IMG/VR virus record: IMGVR_UViG_3300042914_004341
Span: 1 to 61,793 of that record
DNA from: a virus
Lineage: Duplodnaviria; Caudoviricetes
DNA: 61,793 bases
Direction: 5' to 3' (one strand)
Shown here: positions 46,201-54,260 of the stretch, piece after piece
Layout: every line of letters begins with the position of its first letter
Position numbering within the stretch: the first letter of the stretch is position 1
Notes under the pieces: generated by a model
What the model saw: the letters and a program-made list of their open reading frames with translations, nothing else
What the model was told of the DNA's origin: nothing
Database searches by the model: none
Position numbers and translations under genes: made by a program

Positions 46201-46605
46201 CCAGAACTTCGCAGCCACGGGCACGCCCGGTGCAATGCCCCACACTGTCAGGGTCAGGTCGCGGGACAACCACGCCGCATCGAATGCCACGTTATGAGCC
46301 AACAGCGGTGTGTACTCCTCCAGCCACAACCTAAGCAGGTGGCGCCAACGCAACTGGCCTTCCAGGCTCGTGCCGATGTGCACGGCCAGGGAACCCGACG
46401 CATCGGCCACCGAGAACATGACCACGAGTCGCGTGCAGTCCCACACCTGCGTGCCCTGGGTCTCAAGGTCCAGCACCAGGACGCCGCCCTCGGGGCGGCA
46501 CAGCTGGGCCATTGCGGCCTCGTCCAGGTCCATGATGTCCAGCACGGGGAAATCCGCGGCGCGTGGTGGGTGCTGGCCCGGCTGAAGTAGTGCGTAATTT
46601 CCCAT
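43273..46605 (-). CDS. polA: Family A DNA polymerase with 3'-5' exonuclease, intein-containing
   Basis: Exo LDLET, HNVAFD, YAALDA; TGRLSGS..NWQN; motif A ADV^CALE; motif B RNIAKLLHLSAGY; motif C IHD; RBS AGGAG before ATG 46605. Confidence 0.93.
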   Translation of the reverse strand: MGNYALLQPGQHPPRAADFPVLDIMDLDEAAMAQLCRPEGGVLVLDLETQGTQVWDCTRLVVMFSVADASGSLAVHIGTSLEGQLRWRHLLRLWLEEYTPLLAHNVAFDAAWLSRDLTLTVWGIAPGVPVAAKFWDTGVVWHNWFGCTLAMAKHFASESFIGQQHGLKFLQKDLLGWPESNEKELDEWLCNNGWGEWANKKQPDGSKALVPKPNKAEMWRAPAAILGRYAALDAESTWLLWDKVLRPVWDTFGAYREMHQDWMHGEHGNQRHLVWQKLRGVAIDTGRAETLRAALEARLAELEDEFRAHLDVAAHVQAMEAEVVQEIANREPSRWKKLPGDGGGVPPQYTKSGAVSKSWLAWHEKQARARQLLADIQASEARDDGQAVGTAVEFQSSHWTGWHEKLQRAKAARHFNLRSSEQKRQLFYDRMGLEVLVWTEPDNPNSEPQPGTDEEAMKGWGEAGKVLMTYATVEKLRSTIESLQEKLDSEGRYHPELRVPGTQTGRLSGSGGFNWQNVAKRKEYLEIFRAPEGKVLMFADVCFAPWTEILTKAGWKTFEHVTQDDLVAAVNPISKKLQWEHPQRVIWKDYDGTLHTFGNRRGTLSVTDGHRMLWAGQQTVPRKMGLRKVTRAEDGVPKGTQDMLCVAHEESYSHYTAEEIWKVCALQADGSLYQGTKACYRIEVGKPRKITRLKELFGDSSRSTKARPGQNFDTQSWYISQFRSALLDGKSLDLSTLGSNQCDEFLAALHFWDGSTDKNAIVWGTTDKKSADEVSVYLARCGISLKWEEPSLLGSGKLFYRVRITRKSSIRLRPTYDYKREHFQGKVGCVTVSTGFVLVRSKGQTFVSGNCALEPTTLAQRSQDPTYMSIYGPDAKPNCIYLAVAANLGGELGAKIRATGFDPRNPTAEAVAKAKKEAKKERNIAKLLHLSAGYSAGPGKIRMGLSGQGIEVSLGEAKRLHSAYWGLFAQVKKYEKWLKAQWERNGGWWLNPIGRPVCADERKLKDLCNVDCQSGGHDIFLLFTKVLAEELSKRGIVYQPWNYDIHDCTALEIDERDVDEVREVVDKVVPDKVNALLGGVVRLKWEANFVKCWAEDKTESPSIDELGVKL
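44056..44982 (-). mobile_element. Intein (309 aa) with LAGLIDADG-type endonuclease domain in PolA motif A
   Basis: Starts CFAPWTEILT, block B VTDGHRM, ALQADGS and ALHFWDGS helices, ends VGCVTVSTGFVLVR...VSGN followed by Cys; AT-rich island. Confidence 0.93.
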
Positions 46606-46785
46606 GCCATTTCTCCTAGTACAAATAAGCGTCTTTTTTAAGGCATCCAGCCCGAGTAGCCATGCCCCCTTTTTTGTGGCATTGGTATATCCCGATTGCA
46701 ACTTTAACGCTTGCGGCTAGGGCTGCCACAATAATAAGCCAGTGAATTAAATTTGCTATCTGTCTACCCGTCATTTTGAATTTCT

Positions 46786-47082
46786 TCAATTCAATACCTC
46801 GTCTGTCAAGTCATCGGCGTCTTCCGCTTCCGCATCCGGGGCGCTGTGTCCCAGATTCTCCAGGCACACCTTGTACATGACATTCGGGTCAATGCCAATG
46901 TTAATGCAGTTCTTGATGATAGTGCGCATGGACGCACCCATCACGTGCCGCACATCCATGCCCCCGTCCGCGTACTCCTGCAGCAGCGCGGCCAAGTCCA
47001 TGGACAGATTGGTCAGGTTTTCAATTTCCTTTGCCCTGTTGCGCCGCTTTCCGCCGCCGTCAATTTTTGTGAGTTTGGTCAT
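46786..47082 (-). CDS. Hypothetical protein
   Basis: 98-aa ORF with acidic tail. Confidence 0.6.
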   Translation of the reverse strand: MTKLTKIDGGGKRRNRAKEIENLTNLSMDLAALLQEYADGGMDVRHVMGASMRTIIKNCINIGIDPNVMYKVCLENLGHSAPDAEAEDADDLTDEVLN

Positions 47083-47293
47083 CTGTGTTTGCCTTTCCTG
47101 TTTTCGTGGCCGTCACAACTTCGGGCCACGTTGCATAGTCTGTTTCGTCATCCAGGAACAGTCTTACTTGGTCCCGGAACACTGCCCAGCCCATCTCGCC
47201 GGCCAACCCTGGCGAGCCCTCGTGGTACAGGAGCAGGAGATTCTCGGCCTCTTCGAGCCGGCGTTTCATGCGAATCAGCGGATGCTCTTTCAT
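47060..47293 (-). CDS. Hypothetical protein
   Basis: Overlapping operon arrangement. Confidence 0.55.
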   Translation of the reverse strand: MKEHPLIRMKRRLEEAENLLLLYHEGSPGLAGEMGWAVFRDQVRLFLDDETDYATWPEVVTATKTGKANTDDQTHKN

Positions 47294-47486
47294 GGCTTAC
47301 TTCCTATCATGCAGGCCGCAACCCGGTGGTCAGTCACGTGGCCAGGGTAATCTCGGCTCACCTTTTCAACACACTGCAAGCCCTTCTGTACACAAGCGTT
47401 TCGTTTATCTTCCCAGATGCCATACTGTGTGTTCGGTTGGGAAGGGAAAGACGTCGCACAGTAAAGCATTATCCATCCGACTACAC

Positions 47487-47858
47487 TCATGGGTTCCAAT
47501 CCTCCGGCGGCTTGCTGTCGAGGTGGTCGCAGACCGCTTGCCATACTATTACTTGTCCACCAGTTTCTGAAAACACATTTTCAGCAAGCTCTGATGTGTC
47601 CCTAAGCCAAGCCAAATCCCGCTCAAGCTCGGCGATGCGCTTCGCCATGGCACACACATCATCCGTTGCGCACTCACAGCGGTAAGGTGCGGATGCAAGA
47701 ATGTGTTCAAGCCGCCCAATCCTAGATTGGGCTGTGAGAAGTTCCACTTCGAGCTGGCGGGCGAATCCTGTGATTGATTTATGATGTGGGGACTCAACGT
47801 CATCATACAAATCAATGCAAATAGCATCCGTCCGCGGCGTTGGTATTTGGTCCGTCAT
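47487..47858 (-). CDS. Hypothetical phage protein
   Basis: TPRTDA...ARQLE.EL pattern; RBS GGAGG. Confidence 0.6.
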   Translation of the reverse strand: MTDQIPTPRTDAICIDLYDDVESPHHKSITGFARQLEVELLTAQSRIGRLEHILASAPYRCECATDDVCAMAKRIAELERDLAWLRDTSELAENVFSETGGQVIVWQAVCDHLDSKPPEDWNP

Positions 47859-48238
47859 GCTTGCCTCCCTTTCAGTATGCATTTCACATGCGGCACCCTA
47901 CTGGTGGGCTCGTAGTGTGTCAACCCATTGTCTTTGTAGTCCGCCACCGTCGCGCCGCTCCGCAAAGGCTTGACGAAGGATACCCGCCAGTATTTGGCAG
48001 TGACCGTGCCATGCTGGCTCCCATAACTAGGCCATCCGCCGTACAGCCCTGTGTTATGTCCGCTACTATACTCGTATTCCCTTGTGCAGCTTACTACCTC
48101 CACAAGCTGACCATCCTCCAGTAGTAGGCTGTCGCCGGCTGCTACTAAGGACATATCCACCGTGGCCGGCGGGAGGGTAGCGCGGTCTTTTGCCTGCACC
48201 GAACTCCAGCCCTTTGGGGTTTCACGCACTTCGGTCAT
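47855..48238 (-). CDS. SH3/KOW-like paralog-family protein
   Basis: TVDMSLVAAGDSLLLEDGQLVEVV. Confidence 0.6.
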   Translation of the reverse strand: MTEVRETPKGWSSVQAKDRATLPPATVDMSLVAAGDSLLLEDGQLVEVVSCTREYEYSSGHNTGLYGGWPSYGSQHGTVTAKYWRVSFVKPLRSGATVADYKDNGLTHYEPTSRVPHVKCILKGRQA

Positions 48239-48240
48239 AA

Positions 48241-48477
48241 TTAGTCCCCCCAGCGCACGTACGTGCCGTCTACTTCGTACCCTAACCCTTCTAAATAATC
48301 CTTATTCTCCCTATACATCGTCTCCGCAATAAACCAAGTTTCCCCTTTTGATGCTTGGTTACGAATACCTTCTAGAATCCTGGCCCTTGTGAAAGGAACC
48401 CTTACTTGTATCCTTTCCTGCTCAGCTGCTTCTTTTGCTTTTGCAGTCAGACTAGCTGCTTCTTTCGCACTCAACAT
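48241..48477 (-). CDS. Hypothetical protein
   Basis: RBS GGAGG; operon context. Confidence 0.6.
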   Translation of the reverse strand: MLSAKEAASLTAKAKEAAEQERIQVRVPFTRARILEGIRNQASKGETWFIAETMYRENKDYLEGLGYEVDGTYVRWGD

Positions 48478-48854
48478 ACTTCTGCCTCCAGGTCTTCAAA
48501 GTCCATGGCATCTTCTTCCCATGGGCAAATCTCTACTATTTCGCCAGTGTGTAAATTCCTGGCCGCGGCGTACGGGCCCCCGAGACTTTCCCACCACTGG
48601 CCATCCCACAAGGCAACCATGCTGCGTTCGCCCCATTGCAGCCGGCCCTCCACAATTTGCTGCGCGTGGAGAATTTCGTGCTGACCGTGTAAGTCCAGTG
48701 CCAACAGGTCCCCGCGGATTGCCGTCAGGGGTACGCGGACCCTGCCTTCACATACGATGTACGCCAGAGGGACATCTGCCCCTTCAACCCAGTCTACGCC
48801 AGTGAAGCCGCGGCGGCGTGCCATATCTTCCAGTGCTTCCTTTGGGCTAAGCAT
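48471..48854 (-). CDS. Hypothetical protein
   Basis: RBS GGAGG; ARNLHTGEIVEI resembles an HU-like arm segment. Confidence 0.55.
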   Translation of the reverse strand: MLSPKEALEDMARRRGFTGVDWVEGADVPLAYIVCEGRVRVPLTAIRGDLLALDLHGQHEILHAQQIVEGRLQWGERSMVALWDGQWWESLGGPYAAARNLHTGEIVEICPWEEDAMDFEDLEAEVC

Positions 48855-49170
48855 CGCGGCCTCCGTCTTTGTTCCCCGAGGGGAAGCGTGCGTCGTACTC
48901 AGCTACTAGCTTAAGCAGTTCACTACCGAGCGCACTATATCGGGCTGTTTCGACTATTCGTCGCGCCAACGCCACCTCATCTCGCAGCTCAATCAACTTC
49001 TGTCCTTCGTCGATAGCGACAACCAGAGCGGCATCACGTTCCTCGCGCACGCGGGCGAGTTCGTCTTCTAGGGTACGAATTCGCGCCATTGCCTTGTCAA
49101 ATGGCGTTGGGGTTTCGTCCGCATAAAAGTCAGTCTCTTTGGGTAGGGTATTTAGCTTCAGTTCAGTCAT
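48847..49170 (-). CDS. Coiled-coil hypothetical protein
   Basis: ATG at 49170 after GGAG. Confidence 0.55.
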   Translation of the reverse strand: MTELKLNTLPKETDFYADETPTPFDKAMARIRTLEDELARVREERDAALVVAIDEGQKLIELRDEVALARRIVETARYSALGSELLKLVAEYDARFPSGNKDGGRDA

Positions 49171-49359
49171 TGTGCAGCTCTCCCTCTTTAGGGGCAAGTT
49201 GGAGGTGTCTTTGGTTATGAATAGTAGTTTCACGAGTCGGAAATAGTACATCTAAAATCCAGCGCGGCGTCCCCAAAAGCATATTCTCAGCTATTTCCTT
49301 GGAATTTTTATCATGCTCTTGTTCCGCCGCATCCGGCCTGTCAAGCGCGGCGTCGGTGT

Positions 49360-49692
49360 TCATGCTTTCTCCTTTGTTTCCGAGTGCACGTCCACTCGTC
49401 CTTGTGCCCTCGTCGATGCATGTGCATCAAGGGCCGCTTGTGCTCGGCGGGCTTCGTCCCATGCCGCGGCCCAAGCCGATGTCCACGCAAGGTCAACCAC
49501 TGGCGCCATTGAGAGATGGATGAGTTGTCGATGAGCCGCCAATACGTCCGCCTCCAGGATGGCCGTTTGCGGGTCGTGGAAGTCTGTGAAGTCGTACCAA
49601 CGCCCGTCCGCACCCCAGCCAACAGCTTGGTTTTCTGCGTACGAGACGGCAGCCTTCAGCGCCAACTCCCGCTTTCTTTCCTCGTGTCTCAT
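49360..49692 (-). CDS. Hypothetical protein
   Basis: ATG 49692 immediately after a hairpin module that supplies GGAGAGG. Confidence 0.55.
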   Translation of the reverse strand: MRHEERKRELALKAAVSYAENQAVGWGADGRWYDFTDFHDPQTAILEADVLAAHRQLIHLSMAPVVDLAWTSAWAAAWDEARRAQAALDAHASTRAQGRVDVHSETKEKA

Positions 49693-49937
49693 CCACCTCT
49701 CCCTTCGGTCGTGTTTCCTTCGGAAACCCCTCCCATATCGCGCAGTTGTTGCAGGGCTGCCCATATCTCGTTTTCTTCCTTTTTTGTGAAAGGTGAGTTT
49801 GCGTATCGCTCCGCAGCACGGGCCACACGGATGAGGGCGGGGAGTGCTTTCTGTGCGAGCTGGGCGTGTCGGTCTCCCCATGGGTCCTCGTCGTCGCTTG
49901 TGTACTGTTCCAACTCGTCCAGGATTTTCATGGTCAC
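49689..49937 (-). CDS. Hypothetical protein
   Basis: 82 aa; C-terminus runs through a hairpin module. Confidence 0.55.
   Translation of the reverse strand: MTMKILDELEQYTSDDEDPWGDRHAQLAQKALPALIRVARAAERYANSPFTKKEENEIWAALQQLRDMGGVSEGNTTEGRGG
49699..49727 (-). repeat. Hairpin module
   Basis: Minus strand GTTTCC-GAA-GGAAAC then CGA-CC-GAA-GG-GAG. Confidence 0.8.
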
Positions 49938-50092
49938 TCAATCACCACCCTTTCTTCGACTGCATACCACTGCGGTTCGTCAGGTTCTGTGTATGCCGCC
50001 GCCATATTTTCAGCCTGTTCTCTGTTCGCGTATACGCCCATGAGATAGAGCGGCTCGTACTGCTCGTGACACCAAACAAGGTAGACTTTCAC
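49934..50092 (-). CDS. Small phage protein (52 aa)
   Basis: Not in the track; MKVYLV...GVYANREQAE...; RBS GGAGG; GTGA overlaps at both ends. Confidence 0.65.
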   Translation of the reverse strand: MKVYLVWCHEQYEPLYLMGVYANREQAENMAAAYTEPDEPQWYAVEERVVIE

Positions 50093-50439
50093 CCCTCCTC
50101 CCTTTCCGTGCCCGGCACCATCACAGAGCCTTCGGGTTGGCTGCCTACTCTGTGGGTTTCTTTGAAGTACCTATTAGTGCTAGACGGCCTGACCCACCAG
50201 CCGATAGATGCCGCCCATTCCGGCGTCCCATCCGGCACAAGATAATCGGCTACGCGCTTGGGTTCCTGGACAATTTCCCAGTCGTCAGTTATCAAAAGGT
50301 AACCGCCGAATGTGACTCTGCGGCCTGTAGATAGCCATGCATCCCCACCGACAAAAGATACCCACTTAGCAGAGTCCCACGCTACGCGCCTTACCTTTTT
50401 GCCTTCGCGCAACGCTGGTAAAACTTCCTCGAATTTCAT
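50089..50439 (-). CDS. Tad2/DUF2829-like protein with a C-terminal extension
   Basis: MKFEEVLPALREGKKVRRVAW...LLITDDWEIV matches the family pattern. Confidence 0.7.
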   Translation of the reverse strand: MKFEEVLPALREGKKVRRVAWDSAKWVSFVGGDAWLSTGRRVTFGGYLLITDDWEIVQEPKRVADYLVPDGTPEWAASIGWWVRPSSTNRYFKETHRVGSQPEGSVMVPGTEREEG

Positions 50440-50657
50440 TCATCCCTCCACACTCTGACAAAGAACTTGATGAGTTCAACAACTAGGATGACCGGTAACA
50501 CAATGTAAAGAAAGCTGAAGACAATGAAGGCGGCTATAAATGCTTTCAAACTTTCCCTCGCAGAGGCTTGCTCTCCTGCCGCAGAGACCCCGACTATGAA
50601 CCCAACGATGCTACACAAAATTTGCATGCCTAAGTAAAATAGAAGCGCACCGTGCAT
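50436..50657 (-). CDS. Small two-TM membrane protein
   Basis: Two hydrophobic helices. Confidence 0.65.
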   Translation of the reverse strand: MHGALLFYLGMQILCSIVGFIVGVSAAGEQASARESLKAFIAAFIVFSFLYIVLPVILVVELIKFFVRVWRDE

Positions 50658-50660
50658 GGC

Positions 50661-51032
50661 TTACTCCTCCTTCCGGCCCGCCGATGCCGCTGTGCTGAAC
50701 CCGTCAGGGTATCGTGCTGCCAGCTTGTCCCGAAGCACGCCCACGACTTCGGGCAGCGTCGTGTCCAGGGCCATGGCCGCGAGCTGTACATAATAAAGCA
50801 CGTCGCCGAGTTCTTTGATGGCCTTGTCCCTATCAAACACGCGCCCTTGCTCGTACGTCTTCTTGACCAAGTCCACAAACTCGCCGGCTTCGCCGGCCAG
50901 TCCCAGGGCACTGGACATGCGCATGCGCTCGCGGTCCGCCTCCAGGGGCCCATTCACGAGTGTGGAGTGGGTGCGGAGGACGACATCATGCAACTCGTAC
51001 AGTGCTGTGGAGAGGGGTAGTGCTGCTGTCAT
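50661..51032 (-). CDS. MazG-like nucleotide pyrophosphohydrolase
   Basis: LGLAGEAGE..D.VKK...KELGDVLYY...KL.ARYPDGF. Confidence 0.9.
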   Translation of the reverse strand: MTAALPLSTALYELHDVVLRTHSTLVNGPLEADRERMRMSSALGLAGEAGEFVDLVKKTYEQGRVFDRDKAIKELGDVLYYVQLAAMALDTTLPEVVGVLRDKLAARYPDGFSTAASAGRKEE

Positions 51033-51215
51033 TTGGGTTTCTCCTGCTTGGGTTTGAGGAAGGCGTCCATCTCATCGCGCATAGTCTGTTGCATGTCAAG
51101 TCTGTCTTGCCGTGCCTCGCGCGTTTCCAGTTCCCGGTCCTGGAACACTTCGGCCATGTCCGGGAAAAGTCCCAGGGCCTCCATTTCCACATGCCATTTC
51201 CAGAATCCTCGGAAG

Positions 51216-51869
51216 TCAAACACCTTCTTCCACCTCCTCTTCAACTTCATAGGACCCGCGCAATTCCACACAGGCGATGCGGTCGGACCCATAATCTGCT
51301 GCCCACTCATCCGCTTTTTCCTTGGTGGGGAAGTACAGATGACCCGTCGAGGGGCCCACGTTCACCCACCGCACAACCTCGACCGTCCGCTTCACTTTGC
51401 GCTTGGGTTTTTCGGTGCCTAGGTAAGTGATGAGGTCGTTGGGTCTGTCCCCATACATGTAGTGTTTCCCTTCTGCCGTCCAACCAGTATCCTTGGTCTT
51501 ATCTATGTGGTTTAGGAAACCCCAGACAGTATATCCCCAGCCTAGTCTAGGTGGGATAATCGCAATTATTTCCGCCAGCCCCCCCTCCCGCGTGCGGTAC
51601 CAGCCCAGTTTGCCTTCTGCTAGGGCTTGTGCTGCGGGGACCTCGGTTGCTTGCTGTTCCATGGGTTTCTCCTTTTTGTGGATGGATACGATGTCAAAAT
51701 ATGCATGATTTAGGTTCAACACTTTTTGAAAAAGTGAGCCATTTTTATCAACAAATGACAGTGCGTGGGTTCCATCATCAAGCGACGAGCATTCCACAAC
51801 TACAAGTAAATTTCCATCCTGTGTTTTAACCATATCGCCGACTTCCAGCTTGCTGAGGTCTACTGTCAT
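51216..51869 (-). CDS. Two-module SH3-like paralog-family protein
   Basis: MTVDLSKLEVGDMV..QDG...DIVSI, then internal AAGGAG-ATG and a YRTREG...WTAEG...DLI module. Confidence 0.6.
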   Translation of the reverse strand: MTVDLSKLEVGDMVKTQDGNLLVVVECSSLDDGTHALSFVDKNGSLFQKVLNLNHAYFDIVSIHKKEKPMEQQATEVPAAQALAEGKLGWYRTREGGLAEIIAIIPPRLGWGYTVWGFLNHIDKTKDTGWTAEGKHYMYGDRPNDLITYLGTEKPKRKVKRTVEVVRWVNVGPSTGHLYFPTKEKADEWAADYGSDRIACVELRGSYEVEEEVEEGV

Positions 51870-52267
51870 TGCTTCACCTCCATTGTGTCTTCCTTACGAG
51901 GAAAAAGGGACATCACGTATTCCCGCAAAGCCCCTTTGAACAGGAACTTGTCCAGCACAAACACAACCACAAGGAAGAAAACAACCTGTGTAGGCGAGGG
52001 GAGAAAGGACTTCACATCTTCGGCAAACGACTTGATATTCATATCGGATTTCCCTTCTAGTGCTTTTGTGAGTGCATCCATCTCTGCGTCTCTGTCCGCA
52101 GCCGTTTTGAACTGCAAAATGAACTTAGAATCAGCGAATTCTATGTGGTAAGGTGTTTTGGTTGTTGCTGCATCCGAAGTGCTTGGCCAAAAATGTGTCA
52201 CACTGTCTAGTATGACTACCTCGTTTGGTATTGAGAACTGTGTTTTGTAAACTTTCCTTGCTGTCAT
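51866..52267 (-). CDS. Hypothetical protein with a C-terminal TM segment
   Basis: VVFFLVVVFVL segment; AT-rich. Confidence 0.55.
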   Translation of the reverse strand: MTARKVYKTQFSIPNEVVILDSVTHFWPSTSDAATTKTPYHIEFADSKFILQFKTAADRDAEMDALTKALEGKSDMNIKSFAEDVKSFLPSPTQVVFFLVVVFVLDKFLFKGALREYVMSLFPRKEDTMEVKQ

Positions 52268-52339
52268 TTGGTTCCCTAAAATAGAAGGGCACGCCTAGCT
52301 AGCGTGCCCCGTGGGGGTTATGTACTGTCCCGCAAGGGC

Positions 52340-52783
52340 TTACTTGGCCTTGGGCTTCCACTTGTTCACGAAGTAAGCCTTGCCCTCGTGCTCGCCCACG
52401 AAGTCTACAATCTCTCCGCCCTTCTTCTCAAGGAAGCTGACGGTCTCGAACTTGCCCTTCTCATCTTCCTCGCTGGCCTTGACGCGCTTCTTGAGGACGT
52501 TCTTGCCGTCTCGGTCAACTGTGACAAAGAACTTCACCAGTGGGTTCTTCTTAATCTCGGTGTCGTCTTCCTCGCGTGGCAGCATCTCGGCACCGCCCAG
52601 GGCATTGGCATCCGTGCCGAAGCTGGTTGGGAACAGGAATGCAAGCGTCTGGTACACGCGCTTGGACTTGTCTTCTTCCTGTGGGTTGATGCACACGGAC
52701 AGCGTGTGCGTGGGGGTCTTGCCGGGTTTGTACTTCTTGGTGGAAGAAGAAGGGTTGGACTTAGAGACTGATGCGATGGCCAT
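52340..52783 (-). CDS. Hypothetical protein (possible ssDNA-binding/recombination accessory)
   Basis: RBS AAGGAG; strong codon bias; follows the exonuclease; function by context only. Confidence 0.5.
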   Translation of the reverse strand: MAIASVSKSNPSSSTKKYKPGKTPTHTLSVCINPQEEDKSKRVYQTLAFLFPTSFGTDANALGGAEMLPREEDDTEIKKNPLVKFFVTVDRDGKNVLKKRVKASEEDEKGKFETVSFLEKKGGEIVDFVGEHEGKAYFVNKWKPKAK

Positions 52784-52864
52784 TCGGAGGCTCCTTGTTT
52801 GGGGTACGCCCATGCTGGACGCACCAGTGATGTAACTCGTGTCGGTGTGCGAAGTCAAGCGGGA

Positions 52865-53974
52865 TTATTCCTGCGCCTTCTCTTTGGCCCAGGCATTTAC
52901 CATGCCAAGCCACTTTTGCGTGGAAGTTTCGCCCTGCCCATGCGCACGCTCACACACGGCTTGCAACGCACAATACTGACATTCGCGCCACTTTGCTTCA
53001 TTGCCAAACACATCGAGCGTGGCGGGTTCCGGCGGGAGTACGTCGGTTTCCACCGCATTGGCTGCGGTCTCGTAGTACTCCTCGATACCTTCATCCGTCA
53101 CCAGCGTTTTCCGCGCAGCCTCCTCGAAGTTCAGGTCCGAGGGGGCAATCCACAAACGCTTGGTCCCGTCTTCCTCGTCCTCCCAGCTGAGCGTGAAGGT
53201 GTGGACGAACGGAAGCACGCGGAAGATTTGCTGGCTCGGTGGCTGGGCCGGCCTCCCCGGCTTCACGTTTCCGTTCTTGTACACCTTCTCAGGCGTGGCC
53301 TCTTTACCGTCATCCAACTTGTAGTCGCACTTGTCCGAGTGCCTTTCCCCGTAACGTGGGAAGTGACGCTGGACCCAGGAGAACTGGTCCTGGTTGCCCA
53401 TCACATGAAAGTTGACACGGTTTGTGTACGCAAGTGTGAAAGGTACTCCTAGAACCATGCTGTAGTGCGCGGCCTGACAAACGTGTGCAGTTTTGGGCTT
53501 GTCCTGGAGGACGTCGCGGGCCGTCCACATGCTACTCACTTGCTTGAGTTCCAAGCCGTGCTGCGGCAAGCCATCCGCGCCCGCCAGCACAATGTCTGGC
53601 CTGCCCGTCACGGGCGTGCCGTTGCGCGTGGCCCAGTACGTGGGCACATCCTCCTCACGCAGGAGCACGCCCTTACCCTGCCCTGTCCAGCTGCGTTCAA
53701 GCCATGTCGCCCAGCTGTCCTCGTTCGACAGCCCGAGTTGGAACATAAGTGACTTGGAGCCATAGTCCTCGTCGTCGGGGACTTCCGTGCCGAGCATACG
53801 GAGCAGGGCCTTACGTGCGCATCCGCCGATACTACGCAGGCCCTCGTCCGTCTGCACCAGACTGCCGGAGTTACCCCCGCGCAGCACTCCCACTTTCTCC
53901 GCTTCCTTGCCGTCCTTCTCCGCCTTTTCCAGCAGGGCCCCCTCCAGTAGGAGCCCCTTCACGTCGATTTGCAT
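52865..53974 (-). CDS. Cas4-like PD-(D/E)xK exonuclease
   Basis: GGCARK, GRPDIV, LELK, QAAHY, CQYC.....C (1+3 Cys Fe-S pattern). Confidence 0.82.
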   Translation of the reverse strand: MQIDVKGLLLEGALLEKAEKDGKEAEKVGVLRGGNSGSLVQTDEGLRSIGGCARKALLRMLGTEVPDDEDYGSKSLMFQLGLSNEDSWATWLERSWTGQGKGVLLREEDVPTYWATRNGTPVTGRPDIVLAGADGLPQHGLELKQVSSMWTARDVLQDKPKTAHVCQAAHYSMVLGVPFTLAYTNRVNFHVMGNQDQFSWVQRHFPRYGERHSDKCDYKLDDGKEATPEKVYKNGNVKPGRPAQPPSQQIFRVLPFVHTFTLSWEDEEDGTKRLWIAPSDLNFEEAARKTLVTDEGIEEYYETAANAVETDVLPPEPATLDVFGNEAKWRECQYCALQAVCERAHGQGETSTQKWLGMVNAWAKEKAQE

Positions 53975-54260
53975 TGCCCTGTTCCCTTTTGCGTTTGCGG
54001 TACTCCCGCATGTGTTCGTTACACTTGTCCCTGTTGGCAGTCCACCACGCCCGCTTGTTCGCTAGGCGTTCCTCGTCCCTGCCATCCACAAAGCGGGCCT
54101 GCTTTTGCCTGGCTGCCTCGCAAGTCTTGCAACGCGGCTTGCGCCCGTTGCACCCTTGTTGTTGCACGTGGAAGGCTTCCCAGGGCAGGTAACCCTGGCA
54201 ACCTTTGCACACTCTGCCCCAGGGGTCATCTTTTATCTGCAAGGATTGTTTCCTCCGCAA
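53871..54260 (-). CDS. Zinc-finger/helical protein resembling an HNH endonuclease N-terminus without a nuclease domain
   Basis: VCKGC...AF...G....CKTC plus WWTANRDK.NE.MREYR, as in the HNH1-3 N-termini. Confidence 0.6.
   Translation of the reverse strand: MRRKQSLQIKDDPWGRVCKGCQGYLPWEAFHVQQQGCNGRKPRCKTCEAARQKQARFVDGRDEERLANKRAWWTANRDKCNEHMREYRKRKREQGNANRREGAPTGGGPAGKGGEGRQGSGESGSAARG

Noticed and set aside
42408-51032. 2-aminoadenine (Z) genome pathway suggested by the dATP/dGTP hydrolase, MazG and unusual PolA
   Set aside because: No PurZ/adenylosuccinate-synthetase-like or HD-domain dATPase gene is recognisable
52041-52068. CAAAAG-14-TCCGATAT as another sigma28 promoter
   Set aside because: Intragenic, mismatched -35, and the -10 overlaps the putative internal ATG; may be chance
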